Source: Idiomarina sp.
GTDB taxonomy: Bacteria; Pseudomonadota; Gammaproteobacteria; Enterobacterales; Alteromonadaceae
DNA: 64,000 nucleotides
NCBI GenBank assembly: GCA_040882145.1
Contig: JBBEBU010000010.1
Coordinates: 11,973 to 75,972 of the forward strand
Direction: 5' to 3'
Position 1 is the first letter of the stretch; the number at the start of each line of letters is the position of its first letter. A program made the translations under genes and the position numbers. This document shows positions 35,514 to 47,474 of this stretch, piece by piece. Under the pieces are notes generated by a model. It worked only from the letters and a program-made list of their open reading frames with translations. It was not told the DNA's origin and did not search any database.

Positions 35514-37484
35514 ATGCTGAAACTATTATTTACAGCTCGATTATTTGTTGCGCTAAGCGTCGCATCCAGCAGCGTTTTGCTGGCACCAGAGAGTGTGGCC
35601 GGCCCTCAGGCCGCTGCGTCAGCAGCTAACAGTGAACAACGGGAACAACAGCGTGAGTTGTTCCGTAAGGCAGAGTATGCGGCACGCCGCGGGCGCTTGA
35701 ATGAATACCGATTGTTGTTAAGCCAACTGGGCGATTATCCGCTAACACCTTATTTAGAATTAGAACGCCTGCAACAGGTAGGTTATTTAGCGAACGAAGA
35801 CCGCGTATTAGAATTTCTAGAGGCTTATAACGGCACGCCGCTTGACTGGCAACTGCGTCAACCCTGGCTGGATTATCTGGCTCGTAACAATGAGCAAGCG
35901 CGTTTCTTACGTGATTTTAAGCCGCCGGGAACCACGGAACACCATTGTTATAATCTGCAATTTCAGTTTCAGCAGCAGCTGATGCCGGGCGATGCGTTTC
36001 ACCGGGCGGTAGGGCAACTGTGGCTTACCGGCGAATCATTACCTAGTGCCTGCGATAAAATTCTAAATTGGTGGACCGAAGCTGGGCAGCGTACGCCGAA
36101 CAAGGTTTGGGATCGCGTGAAGCTGGCGGCCGAAGGCGGTAATCATACCTTACTGCCTTATCTGGCCGACTTGCTACCACCAGAGAAAACTTATCTGGCG
36201 CACGTTTACCACATGATGCGCCGTGACCCCAGCAAGGTTATCCGGTTGTCGTTGTTTCAAGCCGGTCAAGACACTGCCGAGCAAGCGGCTATTGCCACTT
36301 ATGCTTATGGTCGGTTGATTTGGCGTGATCCCGACTTAGCCTTGCAAAACTGGCCTGCCGCTGAGGAATTTTTTAAATTCTCGGCCGAGCAACTGGATGA
36401 AGTGACACAAAAATTCGCGCTGGCGCTGAGTAATAAGAACCATCCGGAGTCTAGCGTGTGGCAGACGAAAGTGCCGTTGCACAATGCCAGTGACGCGGTG
36501 CTGCAGTGGCGGCTTGCCGATTTATTGCGGCAACAGGATTTCAGTACGCTGTCACAACTCATTAATCAGCTTCCGGCAACCGTGGCGCAGGGCAATCAGT
36601 GGCGTTACTGGCAAGCGCGGGCATTGCTGGAACAAGGGGATGAATTAGCGGCACAAGCGCTGCTACAGGAATTAGCTCAGGAACGCCATTACTATGGCTT
36701 TATGGCCGCGGCCCATTTGCAATTGCCCGCCTCATTGGAGGCAAAGAATATAGAGTATAGTCCGCTGCAACTGGATATTGTCAGACAGCATCCGGCGGCT
36801 ATTCGCGCCTACGAATTTCTACAAATGGGGCGGGGCTTAGATGCACGCCGGGAATGGAATTACTTACTGTCGCAGTTAACCACTGAGCAGCAACAGCATG
36901 CGGCCGTGTTAGCCAATGAATGGGAATGGCATGATCAGGCTATTTTCGGTTTAGCGGCTATTGGTCATTTTGATGCCGTACAGTTGCGCTTTCCGCTGGC
37001 GTACTATGACGTGCTTAGCAGCTTTTCTAAGAACGCTGGCATTGATGAATCCTGGGCTTTGGCTATTACCCGCCGGGAAAGCGCTTTTCGTGCCGATGCC
37101 TTTTCATCTGCGGGCGCCCGCGGCTTAATGCAGATTTTGCCGTCCACGGCTAAATATTTGCATAAGCAGGATGTAAGCCGTACCGAGTTACACTCACCTA
37201 ACTTCAACGTGCGTTTGGGTACCCGTTATTTGGGTGAACTACAAACGCGCATGCAGGACAACTGGGTGCTTGCCACAGCTTCCTATAATGCGGGCATTTA
37301 CCGGGTGCGGGAATGGTTGCCGGAAACCGCCATGCCAGTGGATATTTGGATTGAGACTATTCCCTACAAAGAAACCCGCGAGTACGTAAAAAACGTCTTG
37401 GCTTATCAGCAGATCTACAGCATGCTGTTGGGTGATAATCGTAATCTTTTCAATGAACTGGTTGATATGAATATTCGTCGTTAG
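35514..37484 (+). CDS. slt: Soluble lytic murein transglycosylase (Slt70-like)
   Basis: Signal peptide, superhelical U-domain, C-terminal SLT catalytic motif ITRRESAFRADAFSSAGARGLMQI. Confidence 0.9.
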   Translation: MLKLLFTARLFVALSVASSSVLLAPESVAGPQAAASAANSEQREQQRELFRKAEYAARRGRLNEYRLLLSQLGDYPLTPYLELERLQQVGYLANEDRVLEFLEAYNGTPLDWQLRQPWLDYLARNNEQARFLRDFKPPGTTEHHCYNLQFQFQQQLMPGDAFHRAVGQLWLTGESLPSACDKILNWWTEAGQRTPNKVWDRVKLAAEGGNHTLLPYLADLLPPEKTYLAHVYHMMRRDPSKVIRLSLFQAGQDTAEQAAIATYAYGRLIWRDPDLALQNWPAAEEFFKFSAEQLDEVTQKFALALSNKNHPESSVWQTKVPLHNASDAVLQWRLADLLRQQDFSTLSQLINQLPATVAQGNQWRYWQARALLEQGDELAAQALLQELAQERHYYGFMAAAHLQLPASLEAKNIEYSPLQLDIVRQHPAAIRAYEFLQMGRGLDARREWNYLLSQLTTEQQQHAAVLANEWEWHDQAIFGLAAIGHFDAVQLRFPLAYYDVLSSFSKNAGIDESWALAITRRESAFRADAFSSAGARGLMQILPSTAKYLHKQDVSRTELHSPNFNVRLGTRYLGELQTRMQDNWVLATASYNAGIYRVREWLPETAMPVDIWIETIPYKETREYVKNVLAYQQIYSMLLGDNRNLFNELVDMNIRR

Positions 37485-37494
37485 GGAGCGAACC

Positions 37495-38826
37495 ATGAAT
37501 CTGGCGAGTTTATTACCGCGCTTTGAGGCCCATGTTGCCACACAGCTGCAACGCGCTGAGCAAGTACTGGAACGTGAAAATCTGGAACTACTGGCAATTC
37601 ACTCCGGGCAAATCAAGCGTCAGTTCCTGGATGACATGGATTATCCTTTCAAGGCGAATCCCTTATTTAAAGCCTGGTGCCCGTTAGACGATTTACCCCA
37701 TTGCTGGTTGCTGATTAGTCGTGAGCAACGCCCGCGTCTGGTTATTCTGCAGCCCGATGACTTTTGGCATTATCAGCCGCCCATTATGCGGGCCGACTGG
37801 TTACATGTATTTGATGTGGTGACTATTAAGTCGCCCGAAGCTATTGAGCAAGTACTGCCTTACGACAAAGTTCGCAGCGCTTATTTGGGCGAGCATGTCG
37901 AAGTTGCGAAGGCGCTGGGATTTGAGCATATCAACCCGGATCCGGTGCTGAACTTTTTACACTATCATCGCTTATATAAAACCGACTATGAGCTGGAGTG
38001 CATGCGCCAGGCCAATCAAATTGCAGTGCGTGGTCATCATGCGGCGCGCCAGAGCTTCCTTGATGGTGGTTCTGAATTCGACTGTTTACTGGCGTACATG
38101 CAGGCTACCGGCCAAGGCGAAAACGATGCCCCTTACGGCCACATTATCGGTCAGAACGAACATGCAGCGGTGTTGCATTATATGGTGCAGTCACGGCAGC
38201 GTCTGACACCGGGTCAGCGGCACTCCATGCTGATTGACGCTGGCGCGAATTATCAGGGCTATGCCGCCGATATTACCCGCACCTACAGCGCCCGCGAAGA
38301 CGAATTCGGCGAGTTGGTAGCGGCGCTTGACCAGGTTACGCTGGCACTAATCGATTTATTAAAACCAGGTACCCGGTTTGGTGATTTACATGCGCTGGCG
38401 CATGAGCAAATTGCCAAGCTGTTGTATGCCTATGGTTTCGTGAAGTTGTCACCGGAAGCTATTGTGGCGCAGAAAATCTCACAGGTATTTTTGCCGCACG
38501 GGCTGGGCCACAGCTTAGGTCTGCAGGTACATGACGTGGGTGGCACTATGTTGGATGAGCGCGGCACGAATATACCGCCGCCAGAAGAGTTCCCTACCTT
38601 GCGTACCACCAGAACCGTGGAGCCTCGCCAGGTATATACCATTGAACCTGGTTTGTACTTTATTGATAGTTTGCTCGCTAAACTAAAAGCTTCGCCACAA
38701 GCGAAGCATGTGGACTGGCAGCGGGTTGATGCCTTCCGCCGTTACGGTGGTGTGCGTATTGAAGATAATATTATTGTGCATCGTGAACGCAACGAGAACA
38801 TGACCCGAGCCAATGGCTTAAATTAA
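37495..38826 (+). CDS. pepQ: Xaa-Pro dipeptidase
   Basis: 443 aa with M24B metal ligands (HGLGHSLGLQVHD, EPGLYF). Confidence 0.9.
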   Translation: MNLASLLPRFEAHVATQLQRAEQVLERENLELLAIHSGQIKRQFLDDMDYPFKANPLFKAWCPLDDLPHCWLLISREQRPRLVILQPDDFWHYQPPIMRADWLHVFDVVTIKSPEAIEQVLPYDKVRSAYLGEHVEVAKALGFEHINPDPVLNFLHYHRLYKTDYELECMRQANQIAVRGHHAARQSFLDGGSEFDCLLAYMQATGQGENDAPYGHIIGQNEHAAVLHYMVQSRQRLTPGQRHSMLIDAGANYQGYAADITRTYSAREDEFGELVAALDQVTLALIDLLKPGTRFGDLHALAHEQIAKLLYAYGFVKLSPEAIVAQKISQVFLPHGLGHSLGLQVHDVGGTMLDERGTNIPPPEEFPTLRTTRTVEPRQVYTIEPGLYFIDSLLAKLKASPQAKHVDWQRVDAFRRYGGVRIEDNIIVHRERNENMTRANGLN

Positions 38827-38829
38827 GCC

Positions 38830-39108
38830 GTGGCCGGTTATCGAATCCCACAAACAACCATAGCGCATGAGTTGCTGGAGACCACTCTGAAAGTACTGCG
38901 CAATCACTATATTTTGTGTTTCGATTATGCGCATCAGGCCGCTGTAGATTATGCTATGGGGCAATTTGACGCCAAGCTGGGTACTGCAGAGTACCAGCAA
39001 CAGGTAAAGTTAGCGCTGGAACTGGAACCTGAAAAGGTTGATGCATTTAATCAGGTGTTGCACGGGCAAACGCAAGGTCGTGTCACCTTACAACCGCAAG
39101 AGGACTAA
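38830..39108 (+). CDS. Hypothetical 92-aa protein (GTG start)
   Basis: An open frame fills the pepQ-trkH gap exactly. No recognisable motif. Coding status uncertain. Confidence 0.35.
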   Translation: MAGYRIPQTTIAHELLETTLKVLRNHYILCFDYAHQAAVDYAMGQFDAKLGTAEYQQQVKLALELEPEKVDAFNQVLHGQTQGRVTLQPQED

Positions 39109-39110
39109 CC

Positions 39111-40562
39111 GTGCGTTATCGCGGCATCTTACGAATTCTGGGTTTATTGATTTGTTTGTTTAGTTTAACCCTGCTGCCACCGGCAGTGGTTGCTGTTATC
39201 TACGAAGATGGCGGCGGTTTGGCGTTCCTGTTCAGTTTTATCTTAAGTTTAGCGGTAGGCTTTATGGTGTGGTACCCGCAACGCAGTTATCGCGCCGATT
39301 TAAAAGCCCGCGATGGCTTTTTGCTGACCGTACTGTTTTGGACGGTGCTCGGCGCGGTTGGTATGTTGCCGCTGATTTTCACCCAGGAAATTCCGCTGTC
39401 GATTACCGATGCCGCCTTTGAGTCGTTCTCAGGCTTAACCACTACCGGCGCTACCATACTTACGCAAATTGAAGGCTTGCCGCACAGTATTTTGTTTTAT
39501 CGGCAACAACTGCAGTGGCTGGGCGGTATGGGTATTATCGTCTTAGCGGTAGCGATTCTGCCGATGCTGGGCATCGGTGGTATGCAGTTGTACCGCGCCG
39601 AAATTCCGGGGCCATTGAAAGACTCCAAAATGACCCCCCGTATTGCCGATACCGCCAAGCACCTTTGGTATATTTATGCCTTTCTGACCGTAGCCTGTGC
39701 GGTGGCCTATAAGCTTGCGGGAATGAACTGGTTCGATGCTATCGGGCATTCATTTTCAACCGTCGCCATTGGCGGTTTCTCCACTTACGATGCCAGTATC
39801 GGCGCTTTTGATAGCGCGGTAATTAACGGTATTTGCGTAGTTTTCTTACTGATTTCCGGGGTTAACTTTGCGGTGCACTATGCAGCGGTAACCGGACGCA
39901 GTTTACTAAGTTATATGCGTGACCCGGAATGTCGGGCGTTTTTCACCTTACAAGCTGCGCTCATACTTATTGTATTTCTAACGGTGCTTGGGCATGGCTT
40001 GTACGACGACGTTGGCACCGCCTTTGATCAAGCCTTATTTCAGGCCGTATCTATCAGTACCACCGCCGGTTTTGCCACCGCTGACTTCTCCACCTGGCCG
40101 TTGTTTCTGCCTATTTTGCTGCTATTCGCGAGCTTTGTTGGGGGGAGCGCCGGTTCTACCGCCGGTGGTTTAAAAGTCGTGCGAGTCGTGCTGCTGTTCC
40201 GCCAGGGTGTGCGCGAACTAAACCGGCTGGTACACCCCAGAGCCGTGTATTCGGTGAAACTGGGCGACAGAGCCTTATCCAGCCGTGTGGTTGAAGCTGT
40301 GTGGGGCTTCTTCTCGGCTTATGCGCTGGTATTTATTGTGATTATGCTGGGCTTGCTGGCAACTGGACTCGACGATTTAACGGCGTTTTCGGCTACCGCA
40401 GCTTGCTTAAATAACCTTGGTCCGGGGCTTGGCGCCGTGGCAGAAAACTACGCCAGTATTTCCGATACCGCAAAATGGTTGCTTGTTTTAGCCATGTTAT
40501 TTGGCCGCTTGGAAGTATTTACTTTGCTGGTGCTATTAACTCCCGCATTCTGGCGTTCTTAA
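39111..40562 (+). CDS. trkH: Trk system potassium uptake protein TrkH
   Basis: 483 aa polytopic membrane protein. GTG start preceded by AAGAGGA. Confidence 0.93.
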   Translation: MRYRGILRILGLLICLFSLTLLPPAVVAVIYEDGGGLAFLFSFILSLAVGFMVWYPQRSYRADLKARDGFLLTVLFWTVLGAVGMLPLIFTQEIPLSITDAAFESFSGLTTTGATILTQIEGLPHSILFYRQQLQWLGGMGIIVLAVAILPMLGIGGMQLYRAEIPGPLKDSKMTPRIADTAKHLWYIYAFLTVACAVAYKLAGMNWFDAIGHSFSTVAIGGFSTYDASIGAFDSAVINGICVVFLLISGVNFAVHYAAVTGRSLLSYMRDPECRAFFTLQAALILIVFLTVLGHGLYDDVGTAFDQALFQAVSISTTAGFATADFSTWPLFLPILLLFASFVGGSAGSTAGGLKVVRVVLLFRQGVRELNRLVHPRAVYSVKLGDRALSSRVVEAVWGFFSAYALVFIVIMLGLLATGLDDLTAFSATAACLNNLGPGLGAVAENYASISDTAKWLLVLAMLFGRLEVFTLLVLLTPAFWRS

Positions 40563-40588
40563 CTGTTACTTAGAATACGGGTGTTTTT

Positions 40589-41965
40589 TTAGAAGAATAT
40601 AGCGCTGGGCTCGAACAGGCGTTCCACTTCACGAATATACTTTTTATCAACTAAGAATAGAATCACATGGTCGTCTGATTGCAGCATGGTGTCATCATGG
40701 GCTATCAGCACCTCGCTGCCGCGCACGATAGCGCCAATAGTGGTACCCGGCGGCAGTTTGATTTCACCCACCGCTTTGCCAACCACCTTGGATGTGTTTT
40801 CATCACCGTGCGCAATAGCCTCAATGGCTTCAGCGGCACCTTTACGCAGTGAGTACACATTCACAATGTCGCCGCGACGAACGTGGGTTAACAAGGCTGA
40901 AATGGTTGCCCGTTGTGGTGAAATAGCGATATCAATTTCACCTCCTTGCACCAAATCAACATAGGCGCTGCGTTGAATCAGCACCATGGTTTTCTTTGCG
41001 CCCATTCGCTTGGCCAGCATGGCCGACATAATGTTGGCTTCGTCGTCGTTGGTCACCGCAATAAATACATCGGTGTCTTCCACGTGCTCTTCCAGCAGCA
41101 GTTTCTGATCCGATGCATCGCCGTTAAATACCAGCGTATGGCTCAGCCGTTGCGAGAGCATTTCAGCACGTTCTAGCGACTGTTCAATTAGCTTCACCCG
41201 GTGGGTGTCTTCCAACTGGCTAGCTAAACCTTCACCAATATTGCCGCCACCTACAATCATAATGCGGCGGTATTGATTCTCCAGCTTCTGCAGTTCTTCC
41301 ATGACGGTGCGAATGTGACGCGTGTCGGCAATAAAGAACACTTCGTCATCGGCTTCAATAATAGTCGTACCCATAGGCTTAATCGGCTGCCCCTGGCGGA
41401 AAATAGCCGCCACGCGGGTATCTATATTCGGAATATGCTGTTTCAAATGCGAAATCGCATGACCAACCAGCTTACCGCCGTAATAAGCGCGAACCGCAAC
41501 TAGGCTGGCACGTCCGCCGGCAAACTCCATCACCTGCAGTGCGCCCGGGTAGTCTACTAAGCGTTTGATATAACTAGTAACCAATTGCTCCGGAGAAATA
41601 ATATGATCAACCGGAATGTCCTGGTTGTGGAACAAACGGTCTTTATAGGCAATGAAGGCTTCAGAGCGAATTCGGGCAATTTTGGTTGGTGTATTAAACA
41701 TCGTGTAGGCAATTTGGCACGCCAGCATGTTGGTTTCATCGCTGGGGGTTACCGCAATCAGCAAATCGGCATCTTCGGCGCCAGCACGCTCAAGCACCGC
41801 AGGGTGCGAGCCGTGACCTTCCACTACGCGCAGATCATATTTGTCGGCAAGTTCCTGTAGCAGGCGCTTGTCGGTATCAACAATAGTAATGTCGTTCTTT
41901 TCGCCAACCAGGTTTTCTGCCAGTGTGCCACCAACCTGACCGCCGCCTAGAATAATGATCTTCAT
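40589..41965 (-). CDS. trkA: Trk system potassium uptake protein TrkA
   Basis: 458 aa with two RCK/NAD-binding domains ([23 protein letters not shown]). Confidence 0.95.
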   Translation of the reverse strand: MKIIILGGGQVGGTLAENLVGEKNDITIVDTDKRLLQELADKYDLRVVEGHGSHPAVLERAGAEDADLLIAVTPSDETNMLACQIAYTMFNTPTKIARIRSEAFIAYKDRLFHNQDIPVDHIISPEQLVTSYIKRLVDYPGALQVMEFAGGRASLVAVRAYYGGKLVGHAISHLKQHIPNIDTRVAAIFRQGQPIKPMGTTIIEADDEVFFIADTRHIRTVMEELQKLENQYRRIMIVGGGNIGEGLASQLEDTHRVKLIEQSLERAEMLSQRLSHTLVFNGDASDQKLLLEEHVEDTDVFIAVTNDDEANIMSAMLAKRMGAKKTMVLIQRSAYVDLVQGGEIDIAISPQRATISALLTHVRRGDIVNVYSLRKGAAEAIEAIAHGDENTSKVVGKAVGEIKLPPGTTIGAIVRGSEVLIAHDDTMLQSDDHVILFLVDKKYIREVERLFEPSAIFF

Positions 41966-43272
41966 TTACGTTTTTCCAGTTTCGCGTAGTAGAAGCCGTC
42001 GCCACCTGCCTGCCCGGGAATAAACTGCAAGTCGCGCTGCGGACCTTCAATAAGTGAACACCATATCGCATCCTCGTGGTTTTCGACAAAGGATTTGATT
42101 TGTTTATGGTTTTCCTCAGGCAGTATAGAACAGGTTGCATACAGCAGGGTGCCACCAGGGGCCAGCACCGACCACATGCTGTGCAGAATATCCGCCTGAA
42201 TAGCCACTAAGGTATCAATGTCACTGGCGCGGCGTAACCACTTAATGTCGGGATGGCGGCGAATAACGCCGGTGGCCGAGCAGGGTGCATCCAGCAGAAT
42301 GCGTTCAAACGGCTTGCCGTCCCACCAGGTTTTGGGTTCGCTGGCGTCGGCACAAAGCACTTTGGCGGACAATTGCAGGCGGGTCAGGTTCTCGCTCACG
42401 CGGGTTAGCCGTTGGGCATCGCTGTCCAGCGCAATGACCTCGGCCAGGTCATGGTTGGTTTCCAGAATATGCGCGGTTTTTCCGCCGGGAGCAGCGCAGC
42501 AGTCCAGCACCCGGTCGCCACTTTGCGCACCCAGCAATAAAGCGGCGCGTTGCGCGGCAACGTCCTGTACCGACACCTGACCTTGCTCAAAACCTGGCAG
42601 GTGGCTTACGTCTACGGGTTGCGCTAAGCGAATTGCGGTTGGAACTTCGCTGGATAGCTCGGCAGCAATATCGGCATGACGTAACCTGGCCAAGTAGGCT
42701 GGAGCCTCTACTTTGGCCGTATTTACCCGCAACCACATGGGCGCTTGCTCATTATTGGCTGCAACAACGTCCCGCCACTGCTGTGGATACGCTTCCTGAA
42801 TACGTTCTAACAACCAGCGTGGATGCGCGTGGGCCAGCTCTTTACGTGCTGCCGCCTTAGTTAACAATTCTTCCTGCTGGCGCAACAAATTACGCAGTAC
42901 GCCATTAACCAGGCCTTTTTGTCGGCTTCGACCCAGTAACATAGCGGCATCAACAGTTGCCGCAACGGCGGCATGGGGCGACGTAGAAAGCGCTAATATT
43001 TGGCAGGTACCAACCAGCAGCAGGTAATGCAGTATTTTAAGCTGCCCTTTGAGTGGTTTTTCCAGCAGCTCCGCCAACACAAAGTTAAATAGCGGTAGCT
43101 GGCGCATCACTGCGTAGCAAATGCTCTGCACCAAGGCGCGGTCGCGGCCGCTTAACTTTTCCGTTGCCTCTGGAATAGCCTGGCTGAGTGAACGGCCATG
43201 CTCCAGCACGTCCATAATGGCTTTGGCGGCAGCGGCGCGACTAGCGGCGCCCGATGTTTGGGTAGGGTGCAT
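41962..43272 (-). CDS. rsmB: 16S rRNA m5C967 methyltransferase RsmB
   Basis: NusB-like N-terminus plus the SAM methyltransferase motif [11 protein letters not shown] prefer the start MHPTQTS (43272), 2 nt after the fmt stop. Confidence 0.92.
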   Translation of the reverse strand: MHPTQTSGAASRAAAAKAIMDVLEHGRSLSQAIPEATEKLSGRDRALVQSICYAVMRQLPLFNFVLAELLEKPLKGQLKILHYLLLVGTCQILALSTSPHAAVAATVDAAMLLGRSRQKGLVNGVLRNLLRQQEELLTKAAARKELAHAHPRWLLERIQEAYPQQWRDVVAANNEQAPMWLRVNTAKVEAPAYLARLRHADIAAELSSEVPTAIRLAQPVDVSHLPGFEQGQVSVQDVAAQRAALLLGAQSGDRVLDCCAAPGGKTAHILETNHDLAEVIALDSDAQRLTRVSENLTRLQLSAKVLCADASEPKTWWDGKPFERILLDAPCSATGVIRRHPDIKWLRRASDIDTLVAIQADILHSMWSVLAPGGTLLYATCSILPEENHKQIKSFVENHEDAIWCSLIEGPQRDLQFIPGQAGGDGFYYAKLEKRK

Positions 43273-43274
43273 AA

Positions 43275-44228
43275 TTAAGAATCCGTTGGCGTGGGTAACG
43301 CCAATACCTGGCCGGGCGTAAACCAACTTGCTCTGCCATTTAAAAAGGCTGCGGCAGGCATAGATTTTTTACCCGGTGGTTGCAGCTCGGTAATGCGCAG
43401 CGCCTGCTTACTGGTTTGAATAACAATACCTGCTTTATCAACTTGCAAAACGGTACCCACAGTAGCATTGGTGCCAGCTTGAACTTCGGCTTGCCACACT
43501 TTTACCACCCCTTCTGGCAACGCCAGCCAGCTTACCGGCCAAGGGTTAAAGGCACGAATATGACGCTCTAGCAGTTCGGCAGGCAGGTTCCAGTTGAGCT
43601 CAGCTTCGGCTTTATCTAATTTATGGGCATAAGTGGCCTGGCTGTCATCTTGCGGTTGCAACTGTTGTTGCAGGGCCGACAGGTTAGCCAGGGTTTCTAA
43701 TAACGCCGGTGGGCCAAAGTTGGCCATTTTTTCATACAGACTGGCCGAGGTTTCGTTGGCCGCCAGCGCCATTTCTTTTTGTAGCAGCACCGGCCCGGTA
43801 TCAAGCCCGGCCGCCATTTGCATGATGGCGATACCCGATTGCTGGTCGCCGTTCCAGATAGCGCGTTGAATAGGTGCCGCACCACGCCAGCGAGGTAGCA
43901 AGGACCCGTGCACGTTAATGCACCCATGGGTAGGCATGTCCAGCACCGCTTGCGGCAGTATTAAGCCATAGGCCACCACAATCATCACGTCGGCGTTATA
44001 ATTGGCCAATTGCTGTTGCGCGCTGGTGTCTTTCAATGACTGGGGCTGTTCAACGGGTAGGTTGTACGTCAGGGCTAGTTGCTTTACGGCACTGGCTTGA
44101 GGCTTTTTGCCGCGCCCCGCAGCACGATCAGGTTGGGTGTAAACCGCAACAATATCGTGCCCGGCGCCAACTAACGCAGCTAAATGCTGTGCCGCGAAAG
44201 GGGGCGTTCCAGCGAAAATAATGCGCAT
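43275..44228 (-). CDS. fmt: Methionyl-tRNA formyltransferase
   Basis: MRIIFAGTPPFAA...HGSLLPRWRGAAPIQ. Confidence 0.96.
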   Translation of the reverse strand: MRIIFAGTPPFAAQHLAALVGAGHDIVAVYTQPDRAAGRGKKPQASAVKQLALTYNLPVEQPQSLKDTSAQQQLANYNADVMIVVAYGLILPQAVLDMPTHGCINVHGSLLPRWRGAAPIQRAIWNGDQQSGIAIMQMAAGLDTGPVLLQKEMALAANETSASLYEKMANFGPPALLETLANLSALQQQLQPQDDSQATYAHKLDKAEAELNWNLPAELLERHIRAFNPWPVSWLALPEGVVKVWQAEVQAGTNATVGTVLQVDKAGIVIQTSKQALRITELQPPGKKSMPAAAFLNGRASWFTPGQVLALPTPTDS

Positions 44229-44230
44229 AG

Positions 44231-44743
44231 TTACTCAGCCGTTTGTTGCAAGCGAGCTTCTTTTTCCAACTTCTTGCGAATACGGTCGCGTTTTAGCTTA
44301 GATAAGTAATCAACAAACAGCTTGCCGTTTAAATGGTCAATTTCGTGTTGAATACAAATAGCTAATAAACCTTCAGCCGTTTTGGTGAATTCTTGTCCGT
44401 TTTTGTCCAACGCTTTGACGGTTACGGTGCCGGCGCGGTCAACTTTGGCGTACACGCCCGGGAAGGACAAACAGCCTTCTTCATTGGTAAACTCGCCATC
44501 GCGTTCCACAATTTCAGGGTTCACAAATACCAGTGGCTCATTTTGATCTTCGCTGCAGTCGGCAACAAACAAGCGTTTGTGCACGTCTACCTGGGTGGCC
44601 GCTAAGCCTACACCCTGACATTCGTACATGGTTTCAAACATGTCATCAATGGTAGCGCGCAGGGCGTCATCCACTTCCGCAACAGGCTCGGCGAGGGTGC
44701 GTAAGCGTTCATCTGGGTAAGTTAATATTGTCAGTAGGCTCAT
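44231..44743 (-). CDS. def: Peptide deformylase
   Basis: [13 protein letters not shown] and HEIDH motifs. Confidence 0.97.
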   Translation of the reverse strand: MSLLTILTYPDERLRTLAEPVAEVDDALRATIDDMFETMYECQGVGLAATQVDVHKRLFVADCSEDQNEPLVFVNPEIVERDGEFTNEEGCLSFPGVYAKVDRAGTVTVKALDKNGQEFTKTAEGLLAICIQHEIDHLNGKLFVDYLSKLKRDRIRKKLEKEARLQQTAE

Positions 44744-44826
44744 ATCGTTTAATCTAGTTAATTCAGCTATAGTCAGTTTAACTTAAACTGGGGTGTAAAA
44801 GACAGTTTTACAAGGAGCGCAGCCGC

Positions 44827-45930
44827 TTGAACTATGTCACGAAGCAAATAGCCGCATGGTTAATCAGTATGTGTGTTGGTTTAGTCACTTTTACCGCGCA
44901 CGCCGACGTACTACGAATGCGTGAAGATGCGCCGCAGGAATATGTGGTGAAACCAGGCGATACCCTGTGGGATATATCGGCACTTTTCCTTGCAGACCCC
45001 TGGCGGTGGCCGGAATTGTGGCAACACAATGAAGAAGTTGCTAATCCGCACCTGATTTATCCGGGCGACAAACTGTACCTAAGCTGGCGCGATGGGCGGC
45101 CGGTGCTCACGCGCAAACAAATGCGTGAACTAACGCCGAGCGGCGATATCGTGCGTAAATCACAACAGCCATTAAATATGTTTTCGCACAGTATGCTGGA
45201 ACCTTTTTTAACCTATCATCAGCTGCTGAGCACTGAAGTTGCTGAGTCGGCCGCCCAAATCATCGGTAACAATACAGCGGCACAGCGTTTATCAGGCCAC
45301 GCGCCGGTATTTGTTGAGGGCGGTGAATTGGAAGCTCGTCGTTATGGCATTTTTACGGTGGTGAATGAGTTAGAGCAGGGCGTGTTAGTTCGCCATATTG
45401 CTGATGTAAAGCTACAAGGCCAGCAACAAGGGTTATGGCAAGGTGAACTAAGCCGGTTGCAGCGGGAAGTTCGGCGTGGTGATTTAGTGTTGCCGTTAAG
45501 CGATGCCAGCTATCCATTAAATTACCGTACCAAGAGCGGTATCAATGGGCTTTCTGGTCAACTGGTAGCCAGTTTGAATAGTCAGCTGCAACAGGGCAAG
45601 TATGACGTCGTGGTGCTGGACAAAGGCCGCCGCGACGGCATTGAAGTAGGTCAGCTTTATCAGGCGGTGCGCCCGGGTATTGAGTTACTTATGGATTATG
45701 ACCGGCCGGTGGTGAAAGCAGACGCCGATAAATGGCAACAGCTGGTTGCCGGAACTGGCCGGCAAGTGCAATTACCGGAAGCCGCAAGCGCTGAAATGAT
45801 GGTGGTAGATACCGCTGAAACCGCAAGCTTTGCCATTATTCTGCGCAGCCACGACTGGCTCAGAATTGGTGACCGGTTTATTGCCTTGCGTAGTGAAGCT
45901 AGTGGCCAGGAGGCTACGGAAGGGCGTTAA
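44827..45930 (+). CDS. LysM peptidoglycan-binding domain protein (exported)
   Basis: TTG start 9 nt after AGGAG. Signal peptide. LysM motif YVVKPGDTLWDISALFL...IYPGDKLYL. Confidence 0.8.
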   Translation: MNYVTKQIAAWLISMCVGLVTFTAHADVLRMREDAPQEYVVKPGDTLWDISALFLADPWRWPELWQHNEEVANPHLIYPGDKLYLSWRDGRPVLTRKQMRELTPSGDIVRKSQQPLNMFSHSMLEPFLTYHQLLSTEVAESAAQIIGNNTAAQRLSGHAPVFVEGGELEARRYGIFTVVNELEQGVLVRHIADVKLQGQQQGLWQGELSRLQREVRRGDLVLPLSDASYPLNYRTKSGINGLSGQLVASLNSQLQQGKYDVVVLDKGRRDGIEVGQLYQAVRPGIELLMDYDRPVVKADADKWQQLVAGTGRQVQLPEAASAEMMVVDTAETASFAIILRSHDWLRIGDRFIALRSEASGQEATEGR

Positions 45931-45966
45931 GCCGTTTGCTATTTTGCTAACCACAGGACGTACAGC

Positions 45967-46998
45967 ATGGATGCTGACCACCTTAACGGCGCTTTGCAAT
46001 TGGCACTGGCGCCGGGCCGTCAACAACGGTTATTACGCCATGCCAGCAGTTTTGCCCGCGCTTGTGCGCAATTACCTGAACCCGACCCAGGGCTGGTTGC
46101 GCGCACGCTGAGCTGGCTTGATCTTGAAAACACCCACATTGTGCACTGGTTTCACCCGGCCTACCCGGATCACTTGCGAGCTATCCATAAGCCGCCGCTG
46201 GCGCTGTTTTGTCATGGCAATAGTGAGCTGTTGAACGCCTTTCAGATTGCCTTTGTTGGCAGCCGCAAAGCGTCGCCTGGCGGTCTGCATACCGCGTCCT
46301 ATTTAGCTGAAAAGCTGTGTGAACGCGGCGCCGTTATTACCAGCGGTCTGGCTTTAGGTATAGACGCCGCGGCCCACCGCGCGGCATTGGCCGTTGGCAC
46401 TAGCGTGGCGGTTATTGGCACCGGCGCTGACCGTTATTACCCACCGCGTAATCGCCAATTACAGCAACAACTGGCCAGCTCGGGATTAGTGGTGAGCGAG
46501 TTTCCACCGGGTTGGCCAGCGAAAGCCGATCACTTTCCCCGGCGTAACCGCATTATTGCCGGCTTAAGTCAGGGGGTAGTGGTGGTAGAAGCGGTTGAAA
46601 ACAGTGGTTCGCTGATTACTGCGCGGCTTGCGTTAGAGCAGGGTCGCGAGGTATTCGCGGTGCCACATTCCATGTGGGAACCCGCCGGTTTTGGTTGTAA
46701 CCGATTGATCCAGCAGGGGGCCAAGCTGGTATTGACTGAAGAAGATATCTTTAATGAGTTCCCAAGCTGGCTAAACGGGCCGACAACGCCCGCCAAGTGT
46801 ACCGAAAATAAATGTTTAGAAGGCTTGGCAAACGCCCCGTTGTTGGCTAATGTGGGAAATGAAGTAACGAGCATAGATGTCCTGGTTGCACGCAGTGGCT
46901 TGTCTGTTGCCGTAGTAACCGAGCAACTGGTTTTATTAGAATTAGAGGGCCTCGTAGCTTCAGTACCTGGCGGTTTTATAAGAATGGGGAGGCGCTAA
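45967..46998 (+). CDS. dprA: DNA processing protein DprA (Smf)
   Basis: Rossmann-like core [11 protein letters not shown]...[18 protein letters not shown]. Confidence 0.9.
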   Translation: MDADHLNGALQLALAPGRQQRLLRHASSFARACAQLPEPDPGLVARTLSWLDLENTHIVHWFHPAYPDHLRAIHKPPLALFCHGNSELLNAFQIAFVGSRKASPGGLHTASYLAEKLCERGAVITSGLALGIDAAAHRAALAVGTSVAVIGTGADRYYPPRNRQLQQQLASSGLVVSEFPPGWPAKADHFPRRNRIIAGLSQGVVVVEAVENSGSLITARLALEQGREVFAVPHSMWEPAGFGCNRLIQQGAKLVLTEEDIFNEFPSWLNGPTTPAKCTENKCLEGLANAPLLANVGNEVTSIDVLVARSGLSVAVVTEQLVLLELEGLVASVPGGFIRMGRR

Positions 46999-47000
46999 CG

Positions 47001-47474
47001 ATGTTTGATATCCTCATGTACTTGTTCGAGAACTATATCCACTCCGAAATGGAAGTGGTGGTTGATCACGATGAACTAACCGACGAGTTAACCCGCGCGG
47101 GTTTTCACCGCCAAGAAATTAGCAAAGCTTTGGCGTGGTTGGAGCGTTTGGCTGACTTGCAGGACAGCCAGGATAAACCATATTTAAACCGTTCTCCGAG
47201 CAGTGCAACACGGGTTTATACTGCCGAAGAGGTAGCGCGTCTGGATTGCTCCAGTCGTGGTTTCTTAATTTATCTGGAAACTCTGGGCGTATTAGATTTC
47301 GCAACTCGCGAAATGGTAATCGACCGGGTGATGGAACTAGATACACCACAGTTTACGCTGGACGATTTGAAGTGGGTGGTGCTGATGGTGCTGTTTAACG
47401 TACCAGGGCAGGAAGACGCTTACGATCAAATGGAAGGCTTACTGTTTGAGGAACCGGATGGTCCGTTGCATTAA
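47001..47474 (+). CDS. smg: Smg protein (DUF494)
   Basis: [17 protein letters not shown]-terminus. dprA-smg synteny. Confidence 0.9.
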   Translation: MFDILMYLFENYIHSEMEVVVDHDELTDELTRAGFHRQEISKALAWLERLADLQDSQDKPYLNRSPSSATRVYTAEEVARLDCSSRGFLIYLETLGVLDFATREMVIDRVMELDTPQFTLDDLKWVVLMVLFNVPGQEDAYDQMEGLLFEEPDGPLH

